A DNA stretch of 64,000 nt from Lingula anatina (taxonomy: Eukaryota; Animalia; Brachiopoda), in assembly GCA_051362555.1 (NCBI GenBank), contig CM120646.1, positions 11,656,001 to 11,720,000 on the forward strand, written 5' to 3'. Shown here piece by piece: positions 12,401-25,900 of this stretch. The translations under genes were made by a program, and so were the position numbers. The first letter of the stretch is position 1. Each line of letters starts with the position of its first letter. A model generated the notes under the pieces. It searched no databases. It was not told where the DNA came from and saw only the letters and a list, made by a program, of their open reading frames with translations.

Positions 12401-15313
12401 GTCTTTCACAGTGAGCATTCTGAATTTTTCTGCTGAACATGACTGTCCAGAGTACTACAGCAGTGACTTTCCTAAGCTTGCTTCTTGTTGTTTCCAGGAA
12501 AGAGATATAGAACTAGAGATGGGAGATGACTATGTTCTGGACTTGCAAAGTAGGTAGCATATGTGCATAGGTGGGATATGATAATTTTAGGAAATTTGGG
12601 AAAAAATTTGATATGACTGTACTCAGATTAAAGGATTTATGAAAATGGAGTTTACATACAAGAAGAATATATTAATTAAGTGCAGGAACAGAAATTCAGA
12701 TAGGAATTTATAAGACTTTAGATATATTCATCTTATTGGTTTTCTAAGGATTCATGTTGGACCTATCTCCGATCTTGAAAAATTCTCTTCTGCCTACATC
12801 AGAGACTTTCTCCAAACAGTCTATTACTATAGTGCTGAAAAAACTATTGTTACCATAAAAAATATGTTTTAGATAAACATTTTGGCTCATTTCTCCATTT
12901 CAGAGCATTGGGACCTTGACAAGCCAGAAGAAAAATACGATGTTATACCAGAGATTTGGGAAGGGAAAAACATAGCTGATTTTATTGATCCAGACATAAT
13001 GAAGGTAGGAAGTAATGCTGGCTTCATTGGTTTGTGTTGTATGGAAGTGAATAGAGGGGCTGATGATGTAAAAGTTGAAAAAAAAAGCAAAAATATAGTG
13101 ATGCTTTCATCACCTGGATTTAGTTGCTTTTGGGACTATCAAAATTTTTTCAGCTAAATACTGGAAGTTTATTGTTATAACCACCACAAAATGGCATAGA
13201 AAAAATTTAATAGAGAATAAGATTGAGCCAGAAAGTAAGCTTTTGTGAAGAAACTAAAATAACAAAAAGACGAGATAATGAAAAAATTAAAATTGGTTAG
13301 GCTGTTGTGGGAAAGGATGTTCATCAAGTAGAGATGATGGACTCTATTTAACTCTAAGTTTAGGGCTATTTAACCACAACAAGTTGAAAAATTGGTTTAA
13401 ATTTACTATTGAACTCAGCAGTGGTACTTTGAGAATTACATCAGTTGTGCAATTTATAAGGATTTGACTGTCTTTTTTGTAGTTTTTATAGTTGGTCAGC
13501 AGTTAGATGTTAATTTTAAAATTTTATATTTTTTAGAAACTGGATGAATTGGAAAAGGAAGAAGAGTTGCGTGAGAAGGCGGGTGCCTATGACTCTGATG
13601 AGAGTTTGGAGGATGAAGAAATGAAGGACATTCGAGCCACAGCAAAGAAGTAAGTTGATGTCAATACCGCATTCAGTTTGGAAATTTTGTCAAGTGCTGA
13701 AAAACAGTTTGCAAAATTTTTGTTCATCTTCAAGTTGGTAAATAATTGGTAACATTGGAAATATTTCCCATAAAATTTTATGATGGTGATGATATTATCA
13801 GTAATTAGGGGTTGATCAGAAACTGATGAAAAATAAGAAGGACTCACCAGACTGCCTCAAAAAGGCAGTAGTTCCTTAGTTCCATTATTGAAATCTGAAG
13901 CATTGTATAAGACTTATTAGGCATTTGGGAAGATTTTAAAATTTGGCATATGACTTCTCAAATCATATCAAATCATATTGTCCTTTTATTGCTATAATAT
14001 CATTACATATTTTCACTTTGCAGGATCAGAGAAACCAAGAAGATCATGATAATGGAGAAGAGGGAGAAGAAGACTATTCAGAAACCTCGTCTGCCGCGCA
14101 CTGCCATCAGGCGACAGAAGAAAGACCTGGAAAGTCAGATGGCAGACATGGGAGTGGACATGGCTGATGATGAGGTAGTTGTTTTTTTTTTATGGGGAGA
14201 ACATTACACTGGTGGAGTTAAGGCATGGTTTAAGGGATACATTTTGAAATTTCAACAGCATCTTAAAATATAGTGTTTGGAAAATAACTGGCTGTGAATG
14301 ATGATAGGTGGTATATACTGTGTCTTGTTTCTTAATGGTGAAAGGAAATACATCATCTTTTTGGATCTCATAAAAATTGTAAAATTAATTTCTAAGTGTT
14401 ATAGGCTGGTTGTTACTGAGTAGATAAATCAAAGGAAAATGTATATAATTTTAATTGTGTTAAGTTGTATCAGTGGGATTTGTTAGGAAAAACCAAAAGC
14501 CAGTAAAGGAAGTGTTGCCAAAATATAAGAGTCTAACAACCATGCTTCTAAACCTTGATTTAATTATATAACCATAATACAACAATATTTTCCTTCTTTC
14601 TTTCAAATCAGGGTCATTATGCCAATGTGAGGACTCGTAGTGTCAGCCGTAAACCGTTGAAGAGGAAGCATGAGGAGACGCTGAGTCACACTAGGAGTGC
14701 CTCCAGACCTCCTCGCGATCAGTCTGGAGTGAGAGACGGAGTGGTAAGTGATGGGAGAAAACATGAATTTCAGGCAGATGCATGTCTAATGAAGTAAAAT
14801 TAGGCCATTTTACTAATTTTTATCTCAAAGTGTCTGTAGATGCAAATGAATAAACCCTGAAATGCACTAGACATTTTATGTTTAGATGATTTTCAAGAAA
14901 AAGTTTTTTTATCATTTTATGGTTTTACTTTGCTGTATGTCTGCCTTACATTTTAATGTGAATTTTTTTGCAGTGGTAGTTTTGAGAACTTTGTGTTGCA
15001 TTGGATATTTGGCTACGTGTAATATTTATGAGACATTTTTTGACACTTCAGCTGATAATATGATAGTATACAAATATTTTGGTTCTGAATCTGATTCAGT
15101 GAAATTGGACAGTGTTTTAATGGAAAATTATCCCGAAATTATATTTGTTGTGTTTTCCAGATGATGAAGAAGGTCAAGGTTCTGGCAAAGAAATCCCAGA
15201 GGAAGATGAACAAGTTTGGCAAGGCAGGCGAGAGTGACAGACACATAGCTGTGGCAAAACCAAGGCATCTGTTTGCAGGAAAAAGAGGAACTGGCAAGAC
15301 GGATAGGAGATAA
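3465..15313 (+). CDS. GTPBP4: Nucleolar GTP-binding protein 1 (NOG1), 16 exons, about 630 aa
   Basis: Exons 3465-3512, 3890-4060, 4475-4578, 4906-4989, 5365-5611, 7488-7637, 7867-7974, 11063-11152, 11400-11510, 12013-12090, 12498-12549, 12904-13004, 13537-13649, 14024-14174, 14612-14743, 15161-15313 (1893 nt, in frame). N-terminus [14 protein letters not shown]1 [24 protein letters not shown], and C-terminus [18 protein letters not shown]. Confidence 0.97.
4083..4217. mobile_element. Short hAT-like MITE (CAGGGATGAGA...GTCTCGTCCATG) in GTPBP4 intron 2
   Basis: Imperfect terminal inverted repeats. Shares CTGTCG..AATTCTGACTTTT with the element at 5624-7039. No clear TSD. Confidence 0.4.
5680..6953. 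mobile_element. Foldback-type non-autonomous DNA transposon with ~450 bp near-perfect arms and 8-bp TSD
   Basis: Termini CACG...CGTG. GTCTTTTG is duplicated at 5672-5679 and 6954-6961. Left arm (5680-5763 plus 6105-6471) is the reverse complement of 6503-6953 with about two mismatches seen; loop 6472-6502. Confidence 0.9.
5764..6100. mobile_element. Kolobok-like MITE (TTAA TSD, AG...CT termini) inserted in the left foldback arm
   Basis: TTAA|AGGTATAATAACTCTTCG ... CGAAGAGTTATTATCCCT|TTAA. The right arm shows the empty site with a single TTAA. Confidence 0.85.
8207..10810 (+). mobile_element. Helentron-associated non-autonomous element (HINE/DINE-1-like) carrying a central tandem array
   Basis: Subterminal inverted repeats ATTGTACCACCAGC (8209-8222) and GCTGGTGGTACAAT (10761-10774), 5' palindrome, 3' hairpin GAGGCG-GTAT-CGCCTC, CTAG end, T-rich insertion site. 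Confidence 0.75.
9182..10605. repeat. 146-bp tandem repeat, about 9.5-10 copies
   Basis: TCTCCAAAACTGGC recurs at 9191, 9337, 9483, 9629, 9775, 9920, 10066, 10212 and 10358, then a degenerate copy near 10504. Confidence 0.95.
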
Positions 15314-17724
15314 AACGTTTTTGTGGAAGAGTAGACAATCCTGTTGAATAAGGATCATTGAAATAACAGAAGAGAGTGGGTGATAGAGGTGGTGGTGCTC
15401 TCTCACATCTTTTCTTCTCACTACATGTAGTGCCAATGTACAAGTTCCAGAGTGGAAAAGACCGTCACTTGTTTAAAAAAAGTCCACGCAGATCATTCTG
15501 TTCCCCTGGTCATCAAATGTTCATCCTGAAGACAACGTGGAATCTTCTAATGTTAGGTGGAAAGTCTGTAAAATATGGTCATAGCCACAAGTCAATTCAT
15601 TAGCAGCAATACTCTGAACCTCCCTGGGAATGCAAGAGTTCAGAGAGAGGCGCTGTCGGACTCATCAGACTGTACTTTCAATGTGGTGCCCTCTTGTGGT
15701 GAACTGCAGATATTTCAATGTATGGGAGACATGGAAATTTTTTGTCTGGTCAGGAAATTTGAACAGGGATGAATTTAAACCGGTCACTGACTGGGGGAGG
15801 GGGGTCGGGAAGGGTCAGTCAATGACTTTCAAATTTATCAAATACAGAGATAGACATAGAACACATTTCTGACACAATCTAATGAAACAGTTGCTCTCAA
15901 CAAAGAATTTGATAAATTTCCATATATTATCTGTCATAAGTTGGGAAGTTATAAGGCTCCTTTTTGTTTTGTAAATGCTGAAGGTCAGGTTGGTGATTAA
16001 CTTATTTATAAATGTGTATTTGTACACTGAGCTCTGGTGGTGAGGTTGCAATTATAGATAATTACATGTAGATGTTAGTCTTATTAAAAATGTTACAGTA
16101 ACCAACTTGTTGAAAAGAACACAAGATAAACATCGCAACAGGGAGATATATTTATTTATTTATTTTTCTTTTGGACTAAGAAATTCAATATAAAAAGTAA
16201 AATGGTGAGAAGAACTGTTGTGCAATGTCCAATGGTTATGTGTCTTTTTCTCGAGCATTATTTGGTGAACAAGTTGTACTCTTAATGTACAAAGATATGA
16301 AGTTAAACTCCTGAATAATCCAATACATTAATATTGATTTTGTTACCTATTTGCTGGCTATATCCGATTTATCACATCACTTTTTCTCCTTTATGTAAAA
16401 CGACTTCCTAATATATTGACCTGTTTGACTAAATATCTAATATTGATGATGAAAACTGAATAAATCAAGTCAGATATTATTTGTCTTTCTTGGATATTTT
16501 GTGAACATTGAAATATTTAACATTTATTTTGTACAAATACTTCTCTTTTCCCTAGTTAACACAACATGTAATCAGTTTATATTAGCATTCTACAACCTTT
16601 TTGTTTGGAGCAAAAGTTGATTTCGATACTCTTCTATGCATTATGGTAATAGAACCCAATACAACCCATATATCTAGTATACTTTGTTATCATGTACTGA
16701 TAACTACAGCACCTTTACCATTAATGCCTTAGATTTACATACCTGTCCTAATAAGTACAAAATTTAATACTTGACAATCTATTTAAATGGATCTGCTGAA
16801 ATATGTACCTAAATACAACGACAATGCAGTGAGTTGAAATAAGTTAATATTTTACAAACAAGCACCTGAGCAGTGTCTTTTTTTCCTTAATTTCCTTCGT
16901 TGTGGAGAAGTGTCATTAAAAGACGCTGAATAAATTGTCACATATAACCGTGCTGTTGCCCTAGACAGAAGGCACTTAATACGATCAGAAGACATTTTCC
17001 TGTATAGTGTATACCTTTTAATATTCTGTACAGAATGAAAACTGAAGTCCTGAAAAAGATTTCATGCTGAAAATGCCATTCAAATTTTTAACTGCAAACT
17101 CACAGAAAATGTGCAGTAGTTAATCCTCATCTTACTCTATCATTTATGTTGCAGAAATCTTATAGGACAGTTGATTTCTTTGTTATTTATGGAAATATAC
17201 TTAAGCATAGCCTAACTCAAATTTTCACTTAACTTGAAAAAAGTTGTACTCGATATGTAATCCACCATACATACTTTAACCACTTCTTATCAAAGCAACA
17301 AATTTTAAAAAACTCGACTTTCTCAGACAGAATATACAAAATGGTTATATAGGAAATTTTAAATGATAAACAATTCTTTAAACAAAAGAAATTTGTCAAA
17401 AACAATTTTTAAAAATATTCAAATCAAAAGTTACAAGTAAAAATGTCTTGAATACTAAATGATCTTTTCCTTAGATGATGTACTGCTGTCAAAGCAACAA
17501 TTTAGAACACATTCCACATGTAAATCTGACTGATTTAAATTGAAGAAAAAAATGGATATTTAATTTACCAACTGAATTACAGCTTTGACCACTATAAAAA
17601 TTCAAAACACCACACCTGTTCAAAAATTTCACTTTCGATTTTCTCTTTTTGTCACTGTCACACACTGCTCTTACACATTCCTAGGCACAGCTGCACAAAA
17701 CAACTTAGCCCGATTTTTTTTCTC

Positions 17725-17902
17725 TTTTAGACCAAAAGCTTGGGTCTACTCCACTTCGAGGGAACACACATATAAAGTATTGGACAGGTGTGAAACATAC
17801 GCAGTCTTTTCTAATGAGATTTTGGCTGTATACTGTTCAATGGGACTACTACTACTACAGGCTTATCTCCTGTCAAAGTAGTAGTCCCATTTTGGTCTAA
17901 AA
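17725..17902. mobile_element. Small degenerate MITE-like inverted repeat
   Basis: TTTTAGACCAAAA ... TTTTGGTCTAAAA with an internal GGGACTACTACT/AGTAGTAGTCCC inverted pair. Confidence 0.4.
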
Positions 17903-19415
17903 GTTGAGAACAATTTCCAAACTAAAAGTCTATGTTTATCCATACTTTATCACTTAACTTTTTTTTGTTACAAAACTGGTACAAACAACAAGTGTACACA
18001 CACACACACACACACACACAAAATACAATGTGAGCACCAAAAAGTTTAATTCAAGGCTGACACTGATTATATTAACGGATTTCATAAAACACATCATGAC
18101 TAGAAAACAAGTTCATGAGAATTTATGTTTCTCGCATAAATATATCCAAAAGGTTAAAATCTAAAAGCCTAAGTATGTTTATGCTCTAAAATATACACAG
18201 TTTATATAAATCAGGCCCAGCAGGCACACAACGTTGATTCAACGTTGAATCAACGTTGATTCTCAACGTTGAATCAACGTTGAATTTATGTTTGAAAACG
18301 GAAGTTTGTGTCAACGTTGAAAAGTCAACGTTGAATCAACGTTGAAAAGTCAACGTTGAATCAACGTTGGCAATTCAACGTTGAATCAACGTTGGCAATT
18401 CAACGTTGTTTCAACATTAGAAATCTCAATTAACGTTGATTATATGTTGATTTAGCATTGATTATATCTTGATTTAACATTAAATAAAAGTTGAGACAAA
18501 TAGCATTTTCAATGTCTTTATTTTGTCACTGCATAAAAGGAAAAATGCTGCTAATTTAAGTAGTTAAAATATACATAGTTTACAACATAGCAATAATAAA
18601 TAAAAAACTAAGAACAACACTTTTTTTTTTACAAAACAAAGCTGCACATCGAATCTTAACTAACACAAAAATTGTAATTAATTATGCATGTACATAGTGG
18701 GGGGGGGGGGGGATTTTTGCACACCTTAACCTAAATTATACTATACATTGTGATTTTAAAAGTAAATTATAATTCAAACATATCATTAATAATCATAATC
18801 ACTAGTTCTGTAATAAATAAATCTTGAATAATGAATGAAAAAACATTGTTTTTTAGATGACAGAGAGTTCATTATAACAAAATTATAAATAACCATGCAG
18901 TAACTGTTTCAATTAAACTTGCATGCTGTCTACATACATGCAAACTCTGAAAAAAGAATAATGTATACCCCATAGATATAGATGTACAATAAAAAGACAA
19001 TTACATGTGCACAAACACAAACCCCAGTATATTGTTGATGCTTTTGAATGAAATTACATCATGAATAAAATCACTCAATGAGTTGAACCAGTTTGGAACA
19101 CTTGTGCTTTTGTCATATCCATATCACTAAGAAATGATACATCAGACTCCTTGACAAGCTAATAATAATTAAAGGAATTAACAATGTAACAAGTACATCT
19201 ACCAAATTAACAACAGCTCATTTAAATGTCAGGTAAAAACACAACATCCCTTCCTTTGTTAAAGAGAATTAAACTGTCCTTTCAAATATATGCTAATTGA
19301 CAGTTCAGTCTTTAAATTGTCTTTTCAAACATTTGCAGAATAACATATGAACTCCAACTATAATTATTCTAACCACATTGAAAATTCTCAAATCTAATCA
19401 ACTCATATCAAACCC

Positions 19416-19570
19416 TACCCTCTACCAGGGCGACTGATAGATTTTTACGGATATTCACAGATATGTCTCTAGCTAGATTAGTCACTTGGAGCTTAAAATG
19501 ACAATCTATCTAGCTAGAGACATATCTGTGAATATCCGTAAAAATCTATCAGTCGCCCTGGTAGAGGGTA
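19416..19570. mobile_element. Mutator-like hairpin MITE with 9-bp TSD
   Basis: About 62-bp perfect arms TACCCTCTACCAGGGCGACTGATAG.... ATCAAACCC is duplicated at 19407-19415 and 19571-19579. Confidence 0.85.
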
Positions 19571-19659
19571 ATCAAACCCCATGTCCCTTTCACTACAATA
19601 CTACAAATTCCACATGGTCTCTTTCTTTGTCTGCCTTTAAGTCACATTCAAATGCTCCC

Positions 19660-20460
19660 TTCACTTTAAAGGTTTCTCAGACGTGTCTGAATAATACTGT
19701 TTATTTTGTGGTCCTCCACAAGAGCCTGAGACGCATTTTTTTTCTTGGATTGCAGCATTCCCCATGTATTTTCATCAATGATATTACAATATGCGCCTGA
19801 ATCTGGTAATACAGCAAGTACACTGAGATTAATGCCGCCTATCTCTATTTCCACCAAGTCTCAGTGTATATTGCATTGGTTACCCCACACCAAATGTATA
19901 TGCACTCCTGGATTATCATGTTCATAACTGTCATATACATGAATATTAGTTTCAGTAGTTAGTTGCAGACTTGTTGCACGTTCCATGTTTTCTCAGTCGG
20001 GGTGGTTTCTACTTCGTTTTTTCATGTCTGAACTCGTGGTGTTTAGACTGAGTTGGTTTGTCAAATGACTTCGGTTTTTAACATACTCACAGTTTCTGGA
20101 GTTGCACTTTCAGTTAAAGCGTTAACAGTCTATGTGTATCCATGTTTCACACCTGCAATATGTTTGGGAGAGTCATGAAAATATCTTGTACACGTCCCCC
20201 TGAATGCTACATCAGCGCGCGTCTCTTCTGACATGTATTTTTTTAATTTTCTGTCTTTGTTCATTATTTCTTTTCGTCCGTTGGTTCTGAAACGATCAAA
20301 CCTTTTCCGTCAGCAAATGATTTATCTCTCTCTTTCTCATCCTGCAAACTGTATAGCCAGCGTGGCCCGTATTTCTCCGGACTTCTGTACGCTTCGAATT
20401 TCGTAATTTCACGTTTTTCCTCCATTTTCTCAAAGAAAGTTGGCTCGTAGTTTTGCACTA
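19660..20460 (-). pseudogene. Degenerate Gypsy-like LTR retrotransposon gag/aspartic protease fragment
   Basis: VLPDSGAYCNIIDENTW matches a retropepsin D-S-G-A motif. GPRW..FADGKGL and GDVQDIFMTLP resemble Gypsy gag N-terminal motifs. Broken by stops and frameshifts. Confidence 0.6.
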
Positions 20461-20893
20461 AAGTTAATCCTCGTCTCCAGTGTTGATACCTTCGAATTAT
20501 ATCGCATCACGAATCGAATCAATCAACGAATTGTATCAGTTTCATACGCCTGTGCTTCTTCGTATCCACAACTCTAAAAACGCTACATCCGGGTACTTGA
20601 CCGGCTTGTCATAAAAAGCGGAATTTAAGAATAACGGAACGAGTACTTAGCTCTAAAAAGTTCACAGTTCATTCAAATGTCAAGTCCAATTTATATCAAA
20701 TAGTGCAAATATGATGAGGGGACTTTGAAGAAAAGAGAGAAAGAGAGAGATAAATCAAAATTGATCAAATGACGTTAGTTCAATGCATTCAACTCACTTG
20801 TCAATAAAAAAAAATAGACAAAAATTAAATAATTAAAATAATAAAATAAATAAAAAATAAAATAAATGACATCACCAAATATTGGCTTGATGG

Positions 20894-20895
<2 letters not shown>

Positions 20896-20958
<63 letters not shown>
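20896..20958. repeat. (TA)n microsatellite
   Basis: Direct inspection. Confidence 0.95.
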
Positions 20959-20962
<4 letters not shown>

Positions 20963-22525
20963 ACAGACACAGATTTGTCTGTATAGGCTTCAAATAACTG
21001 TCACCTGCGGTCTGTCGTCGCGGTCGGCATGCATACTGTCTCAAGTTGAAATGCAAAAACTGAATCCATGTTGAATTAACATCTTTAACTAATTATAAGT
21101 TACCTCCTGAATAGTCATTATGTTAACTTGAAATGCTAAAGTTGAATCAATGTTAAAAATTTACTCAAACATCAACATTCAAAAATGCAAGTTGAATAAG
21201 GTTGAAATAATGTAGGTTTATCAACTCAATCTTACTTCAAACTTGAATCAATGTTGAAATGCCAACATTGAATTTGTTGTCGTTGAATCAAAGTTGAATC
21301 AATGTTGATATGCCAACGTTGAATTTGTAGTCGTTGAATCAACGTTGAATCAATGTTGAAATGTCAACGTTGAATTTGTTGTCGTTGAATCAAAGTTGAA
21401 TCAACGTTGAAATGCCAACGTTGAATTTGTTGTCGTTGAATCAAAGTTGAATCAACGTTGAAATGCCAACGTTGAATTTGTTGTCATTGAATCAACGTTG
21501 AAACAACGTTGAAATGTCAACGTTGAATTTGTTGTCGTTGAATCAAAGTTGAATCAACGTTGAAATGCCAACGTTGAATTTGTTGTCGTTGAATCAACGT
21601 TGAATCAACGTTGAAATGCCAACGTTGAATTTGTTGTCGTTGAATCAACGTTGAATCAACGTTGAAATGCCAACGTTGAATTATGGTCGTTGAATCAACG
21701 TTGATTCAACGTTTATCAACGTCTCAACATAAATTCAACGTTGATTCAACGTTGAATCAACGTTGTGTGCCTGCTGGGGGGTAACTACTTATACTAAATT
21801 GTGTAATGAATCGTTCTGGTACATTTTGTCCAATGTACATTGCATCTATCTATCTATCTGTCTGTCTGTCTATCTATCTGTATGTGAGAAAACCAGAATG
21901 TGCAACAAACACAACCCGACTTACAGAAACTTACAGTAGCAATAATACAAATGCTGATACAAAAAAAAAAAAAAAAAAAGAAATAATAATGCATTCTCTT
22001 TATTCTTGTTTTAACTATTAAAATTGTGTTTACTTCTTGGTCTCCATGATTTTCTGGTCAGTGAAAATTCAAAACTCTGATTCAAAAGTAGCTTCTGTTT
22101 TTTTTTTTTTTTTCTTCATTGGGACCACAAGCCTCCAACGTGTTGGCCCCTCGACCGGTTGAATTGAGCCGAAATTTAATTACTGTGCCCCTGCAGGGAC
22201 GACGCATGGTGAGGCATGTGAGAGGCGGAGAGACCACTACAGGATTAAGCAGTCTTCCTTTCATGTAGGTCTGCCATATTTAGGTCGTGGCCTAGCTAGC
22301 ACTCGGCTCTTCTCATTCTGAATGGGGCCAATGTGATTGTCTTCATCCAGTATAACCTGCCAGTGGTTGATTGACCTCCCAGTACATTCCTGTCAGTGAC
22401 TAAGAACCTCATCACCCGAGCCTGCACATTCATGGTAAATAATACCAACCTGAAAATGGTTGAGAAACCATTATTACACACAGTTTGATAAATCATATTC
22501 ATTCCTATGAAATTGTAGCAATTTT

Positions 22526-22527
<2 letters not shown>

Positions 22528-22603
<76 letters not shown>
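22528..22603. repeat. Compound (TG)n(AG)n microsatellite
   Basis: Direct inspection. Confidence 0.95.
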
Positions 22604-22608
<5 letters not shown>

Positions 22609-22990
22609 GTGAGCATTCTACAATTTCATAATCTTCCTAGAGAATTGATAAGCTAAATGACAGCAAGGCATTTTCAAAATCATTCAATCAAAAAATAAGC
22701 AAACTGATCAAATAAGCAATAATTAAAAAAAACTTTATAAACATTTATTTTATAATAACCTGTTTCTATGGCCATGACTGTAACAGTCAATGCCATAAAA
22801 CTTTAAGCCTACTTGCCATGCAAGACACCAAGTACCTGCTGGCCAAAAACAAAACAAAAGTGGCCAACATCTGAACAAATATACACAACTGTACATCCCT
22901 GCTGCAACTAAACATGCATTAGGCATAATGTCAGTATTAACACTGAATGTCATGATTACTACTTACCAAACTAAGTGTATAACAGCACAT

Positions 22991-25900
22991 CTAAATACAT
23001 GATGATAATAATAATAATAACGATATCACAGCAGGAAGCACCTGCACATGTCTGGGGTGCAACAGGCTCCCTCTGCAGGGCATACGAAGATTCACTGGAG
23101 AACTATATGGTGGATTGTACTCAGGTGGACAAGTAACACCTTTGGCCTAAAATTGATTGGAGGGAGTTAATTGGAAATAATAAGTCACAATTATAATAAT
23201 ATCTTCCTGTATGGCATGAACAGTTATATGTGAGAATTGCAATAAAAATTGAGAAAACATAACAGAAAAGAGAATAAGTTGGTGATTAATTCCTTGTTCA
23301 ATCACATATGTAGAAGGCTGTAGCCTTCGATTTAGACCCTCGGGTTGTCAAATTACCGTGCTTTGCATAAATTCATCAGTGGGTAAATAGGCGGCTAGTT
23401 TGTCATAATACCTACTTCATGAATGCATTGCATTTTTGCTTGAGGACATTTTGAGCACATCAGCAATTATCCAATTTTTTTATTCCATGCTCAGAAAATA
23501 AATTAAAAAAACCACAACTTTATTCTGAACTTACAACTTGAGTCAACAATTCTAAACAGCAGCAGAAAAAAAACTTAGCCATACATACTTAAATAATATT
23601 TCTTATTTTCATTACCTGACATATTTCTTGGCATGATGGACAGACTATGCTGCCCTCTGTCAGCCATCCATCAAAAATCACCCTAACAACCAGAATTTGG
23701 CCAGTTTTGTAGCACCTGTAGCTTTTCCCATGAACATCCAGGACTAACCCCACTGTGGAGTTACAAGAGTACTGGAACAAAACAAATAATTGAATGATGA
23801 TATCATAGATGAACTGTGAGTGGCTTTTAAACCACCATAAAATATCAAGACAAAATTGCATTAAAGATAAAATAAAGTGGTAGATTAAGAAGAAGCCATC
23901 ATAGATGTTTTTGTATGATTCTTTTCATTGTATACATGAATACATAAAAATAAATAATTGCATGAGAGCAAAGAAGACAGAGGTACACAATTTACACATG
24001 AAAGATATCAGAAAATAAATGAGACCCAGTCAACACCGCTGATGGAACTTCGTGACACAGAATGTGTCATTTTCCTGCAAAAAAAAAAAGTCAAGATCTG
24101 CATCTAAAAGACTTTGAAAAACATTAAAAATGTTATATTTACGTATATATACATATATATTTTAATAATTAGGAATCCACTGACCTTGTAGCATCCACTG
24201 CCAAAGTGCTTCAGTGGAGCAGGCATATTGCACCTTTTTAATGACCAGATCCCATGGTGTTCAAAACACTTGGAATTTGGACCATATGTCTCAAGGAAAT
24301 GGTTGCCATGAACTTCTGAAAAAGTACAGAACAGAAATCTTTGATCAATCTATAAAGTATTATTATTATGAGCGTCATAACTGTTATCATTACCATGAAT
24401 ATTATCAACACTGTCATTATCATCACTGTTAATACAGAGTGTCAAGAGAAAGGACATAATGTATACCTGCAGTATTAGAAGACAGGGTGCATCTAGAACC
24501 TCTCTGAATTGTGTCGGTTCTGTCTCTCCACACAAACTCCTGAAAATATTAAACAAATATATGAAACTTAAACTAATGTTAAAGGAACACTGTAAAGTGA
24601 GGCAAAATCAATATACATATGAGAAAAAATCAAACCCTGAAGGCCAAGGCTTAGCCAAAGTAATCTCCTTATTCTGTCTCTCCATACACACACACATACA
24701 CATATTCTGTAAAAAAAACTGATTTATAGTTTGCTTGTTATAATAAGCAAATACTTAAACCCCCGAGTTGTTGAATTAATTCATTGTGGTAGAAAATTTT
24801 GGGGCTTTGACCACTGAAAGCTTTTCAAACTGCCATACAACTCATGCCTGCTTATTGGCTAATAATATATGTAAGTTTTTATTGTACTAAAAAAATACCT
24901 GGCATCAGTGGTTCCATTCTAACAGATGACATAATCACTGCCCACAATACATTTACCAGCTGACCTAGCCACTAGTCACTCATGAGACCAACCAACTCCT
25001 GGTCAGCTTACACGCTCCAGGTGACCAGGTTGCTGGTCATAATAGGCCCCATTCAGAATAGGGGACAAACTAGTCCGAGGGCTAAAATATATAGCCGACC
25101 CACTTGAATACTTCCCCACGGGATATCTATTCAGTGTCTATTAGCAGTTTAGACAGCAAGCTTTGCAGTTTAGACAGCAAGCTTTGTAGTAGGCCACCAT
25201 ATTTGACCCTCAGACTAGTTAGTCCCCTATTCTGAATGGGGCCATACACCCACCTGTACATAGGGGCAATAATCGGCCAGACCCACTGACCCTCCATACT
25301 GGGCAGCTGTCCCTGGGAGATCCCCACTGGTTTCACTGAAGTACTGGCACGGAGAAAAAACCCATATTATTTCATGTTATGTAATCTCATGAAAATGGCA
25401 AATATTATGCAGAAAACAATGGACTGATAAATTATTTGAATCCATTGCATAAGTTTCACTGAAATACTGGCATTTCCAACCTGTTTGCAACCAGCTTTCT
25501 TCCTGCTCTACAGCTGGTTGTATATTTTAATATTAAAATATGTTACATAAATGTATACAGCAGTAGAGACACAATCATTATGATGGCAATAATTCAGTCA
25601 ATTCAAACAAAACTGATTAATCCATATCATACTGCCAAAAACTAAAATTTTGTTAACTCACAAAGAAAAATTTCAATGGAATACCTGGTACATGAAGGGT
25701 ATAGGTTTTGGATATTGCTTGAGATTACACAGGGCAACTGCATCTCGGTCCGTGGTACACAGGGTGCGAAGTGGCGTGCTCTTCACCTTGGTACAGAATG
25801 GCAAAATGGATTTCTTCCTGGAATTTTTTCAAAGAAAACATGCTGAAAACTTGGCACCCTCTGTGAAGAGTCATGTGAGCTGCTTACGCCAAGTAACTGG

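Larger units (their letters stand above)
18216..21778. mobile_element. CACTA/EnSpm-like non-autonomous DNA transposon (animal CCC...GGG type), 3.56 kb
   Basis: Long TIR CCCAGCAGGCACACAACGTTGATTCAACGTTGAATCAACGTTGA at both ends, 2-bp TSD GG, and subterminal arrays of the palindrome TCAACGTTGA (about 18226-18420 and 21250-21765). Confidence 0.85.

Noticed and set aside
13787-13898. Possible intronic C/D box snoRNA in GTPBP4 (GTGATGA...CTGA)
   Set aside because: No terminal stem or recognisable rRNA-complementary guide; such boxes occur by chance in AT-rich introns. A snoscan or Infernal search would settle it.
21250-21765. Palindromic repeat array resembling CRISPR
   Set aside because: No unique spacers and no cas genes; these are subterminal repeats of a eukaryotic DNA transposon.
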